DNA from: Candidatus Cloacimonadota bacterium
Lineage (GTDB): Bacteria; Cloacimonadota; Cloacimonadia; JGIOTU-2
Length of the DNA stretch: 64,000 nucleotides
NCBI GenBank assembly: GCA_049903315.1
Contig: JBNGBT010000001.1
Span: forward strand, 352,001 to 416,000
Direction of reading: 5' to 3'
Positions 61,896 to 64,000 of this stretch are shown here, piece after piece. Under the pieces are notes generated by a model. That model did no database searches. It was not told where the DNA came from and was given only the letters and a program-made list of their open reading frames with translations. A program made the position numbers and the translations under genes. Within the stretch, counting starts at the first letter, position 1; the number at the start of each line of letters is the position of its first letter.

Positions 61896-64000
61896 AACAC
61901 CTTAATATAATCTGATATAATTTTTTTTAATTCGCCAGAATCGAAAGATATTGTCAACTTTATTAACTCACCATCTTTTCTGATCGACAGAATCCGCCCT
62001 TTGCCGAAGCTCATATGTTCGACTCTTTGCCCTACTTTGTATATGTCGTCCTGTGTGCCCAGATCAAAGGATTTTTTTGTAGTATGCCTTTTGGGATAGT
62101 GTTCATTATTTGAATGAAAGTTTGTCATATCGAACATTTGAAAATGACTCTTATTTATATCATTAAGAAAACGTGATGGAAAAGAGGACATTGTTGAATC
62201 GTAATATCTGCGTGATTGAGCATACGATATGAACAGCTCTTTGATCGTTCGTGTCATTGCAACATAAAACAACCGCCGCTCCTCTTCAATATCACCTGTG
62301 GATTCCATGGAATTTCTATGAGGAACCAATCCGTCTTCCGCGCCTACAATGAATACATAAGGAAACTCAAGCCCTTTTGCATTATGCATTGTCATCAGAG
62401 ATACAAGATCTCTATCGGTGTCAGCATAGTCAATATCAGAAACTAGCGAGAGATTCTGCATATATTCCTGAAGCGAGGGTTCTTTATCATGAATAGTAAT
62501 AAAATTTTCTGCAAATTCATCTGTCGAGGCAACAAACTCACGAATGTTATCTGCCTTGCTCTCACCTTCGATCGAATCGTCATGTCTATAAAAATCCAGT
62601 ATTTCAGTGATATCAATAACCTGTTTTACTAGTTCATTAATTGGCTTATGCTGAGCAAGTTCAATAAAACCAGCTATCATATTTTTGAACAACTTGAATT
62701 TCTCTTTTGCTGCAGAAGATAGGGCTTCGCTTGAATCAACTTCATCAATTGCATTAAAAAGAGAGTTGTTTTTCTCAACGGCAAAATCTAAAAGGTGCGT
62801 TATTGATGTTTTGCCAATTCCTCGTTTAGGGAAATTTACTATTCTTAAAAAACTCTCATTATCCTTTGGATTTGCAATGAGTCTGAGGTAGGCAATAATG
62901 TCTTTGATCTCTTTACGTTGGAAGAAGTTTACCCCTCCTATGATCCGATAATCAATATGATCTTTGATGAACTGGGTTTCGAGAACTCGGGATTGCGCAT
63001 TGGTTCTATAAAATATCGCAATATCTTTAAGGGAAACATCGTGTGTATCATGAAGCTCACTTATTTTTTGAGATATTACTATCGCCTCATGGCGTTCATT
63101 TTGGGTGTTATATAATGAAATATCATTTCCGTCATTTTTCTCTGTCCATAGCTCCTTCTTGTGCCGTGACTGATTATGTGAGATAAGCTCATTTGCCGCA
63201 GAAAGTACTCGTTTTGGAGATCGGTAATTCTGCGTCATACGAATGATCTGCGGCTTTTTATAATCATCTTCAAAGGACAATATATTTCCAATATCAGCCC
63301 CACGCCAGCTATATATTGACTGATCGTCATCACCAACCACACAGATATTTTTGTGCTTTTTAGCAAGCAAATAAGCAAAGCGGTATTGGGCAAAATTTGT
63401 ATCCTGGTACTCGTCGATCATCACATATTTAAATCTGTCTTGATAGCGTTCCAGTACATCTTTTTGATTCATAAAGAGTTTCACTGTGTAAAGAAGCAGA
63501 TCATCAAAATCAACGCCATTATTTCTTAAGAGATATTTTTGGTAAGCTTCATAAATTTCCTGAAGATACTTTCCATAATATGAATCATCTATAGAAAATT
63601 CATTATATTCAATTAGATTGTTTTTTTGTTGTGAAATGATATTAAGTATCTTTTTTATAGGGAAGTTCGTTTCTGCGAGGTTTATTTCTTTGAGAACATT
63701 TTTCATGATACGCTGCTGATCAATATCATCGTAAATAGTATAATTCTGTGTGACAGGAAGGTGTTGGGATTCGGTTCGTAATATTCTTGCACACATCGAG
63801 TGAAATGTTCCAACCCATAGGTAGCGAATATCAATATTGAACTGATCCTGAAGCCGATTTTTCATTTCATTTGCAGCTTTATTGGTAAAGGTAACTGCCA
63901 GAATATTATGAGGATTCACTTTTTTTTCTGAAATAAGATAGGCAATACGATGTACGATACAGCGTGTTTTTCCGCTACCTGCACCGGCAAGGATAAGCAC
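61892..64000 (-). CDS. uvrD: ATP-dependent DNA helicase UvrD/PcrA (5' end beyond the right edge)
   Basis: LAGAGSGKT, TFTNKAA, IDEYQDTN, VGDDDQSIYSWRGA, QNYRS, YRTNAQSR, MTMHNAKGLEF and EEERRLFYVAMTR. Confidence 0.95.
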   Translation of the reverse strand: MLILAGAGSGKTRCIVHRIAYLISEKKVNPHNILAVTFTNKAANEMKNRLQDQFNIDIRYLWVGTFHSMCARILRTESQHLPVTQNYTIYDDIDQQRIMKNVLKEINLAETNFPIKKILNIISQQKNNLIEYNEFSIDDSYYGKYLQEIYEAYQKYLLRNNGVDFDDLLLYTVKLFMNQKDVLERYQDRFKYVMIDEYQDTNFAQYRFAYLLAKKHKNICVVGDDDQSIYSWRGADIGNILSFEDDYKKPQIIRMTQNYRSPKRVLSAANELISHNQSRHKKELWTEKNDGNDISLYNTQNERHEAIVISQKISELHDTHDVSLKDIAIFYRTNAQSRVLETQFIKDHIDYRIIGGVNFFQRKEIKDIIAYLRLIANPKDNESFLRIVNFPKRGIGKTSITHLLDFAVEKNNSLFNAIDEVDSSEALSSAAKEKFKLFKNMIAGFIELAQHKPINELVKQVIDITEILDFYRHDDSIEGESKADNIREFVASTDEFAENFITIHDKEPSLQEYMQNLSLVSDIDYADTDRDLVSLMTMHNAKGLEFPYVFIVGAEDGLVPHRNSMESTGDIEEERRLFYVAMTRTIKELFISYAQSRRYYDSTMSSFPSRFLNDINKSHFQMFDMTNFHSNNEHYPKRHTTKKSFDLGTQDDIYKVGQRVEHMSFGKGRILSIRKDGELIKLTISFDSGELKKIISDYIKVL

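Overview
This is a gene-dense, AT-rich chromosomal segment (roughly 35-40% GC by eye) from an anaerobic diderm bacterium of the FCB group. Cloacimonadota is my best guess, inferred from gene content and the style of the C-terminal sorting domains, and is not verified. Most of the window is housekeeping: mutS (partial), rho, tsaB, tsaD, truA, smc, xerC, udk, queC, queE, dusB, guaB, buk, a UvrD/PcrA helicase (partial) and tRNA-Leu(CAA). Envelope genes include two PorV-like barrels, a BamA/TamA-like protein, several TPR proteins, three secreted proteins with T9SS-like C-terminal domains, a tandem pair of unknown beta-barrels and an LPS-type glycosyltransferase cluster. Amino-acid-fermentation genes include two MIO ammonia-lyases, a ferredoxin-EtfA fusion and a proline/sarcosine-dehydrogenase-like pair. 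The best candidate for a new system is a low-GC two-gene island (32.1-34.3 kb) bracketed by a 14-bp direct repeat. It pairs an N4/N6 DNA methyltransferase with a DHH-phosphoesterase-like protein in the slot where a restriction enzyme would sit. Other notable signals are an ammonia-lyase with an Ala-Cys-Gly MIO tripeptide next to a canonical HutH, dense Bacteroidota-type O-glycosylation sequons in exported proteins, and T9SS-like parts. Also notable are a 16-aa peptide that is invariant between two diverged barrels, a DnaA-box cluster, and apparent CGATCG over-representation. All functional calls come from motif recognition by eye; no searches were run.
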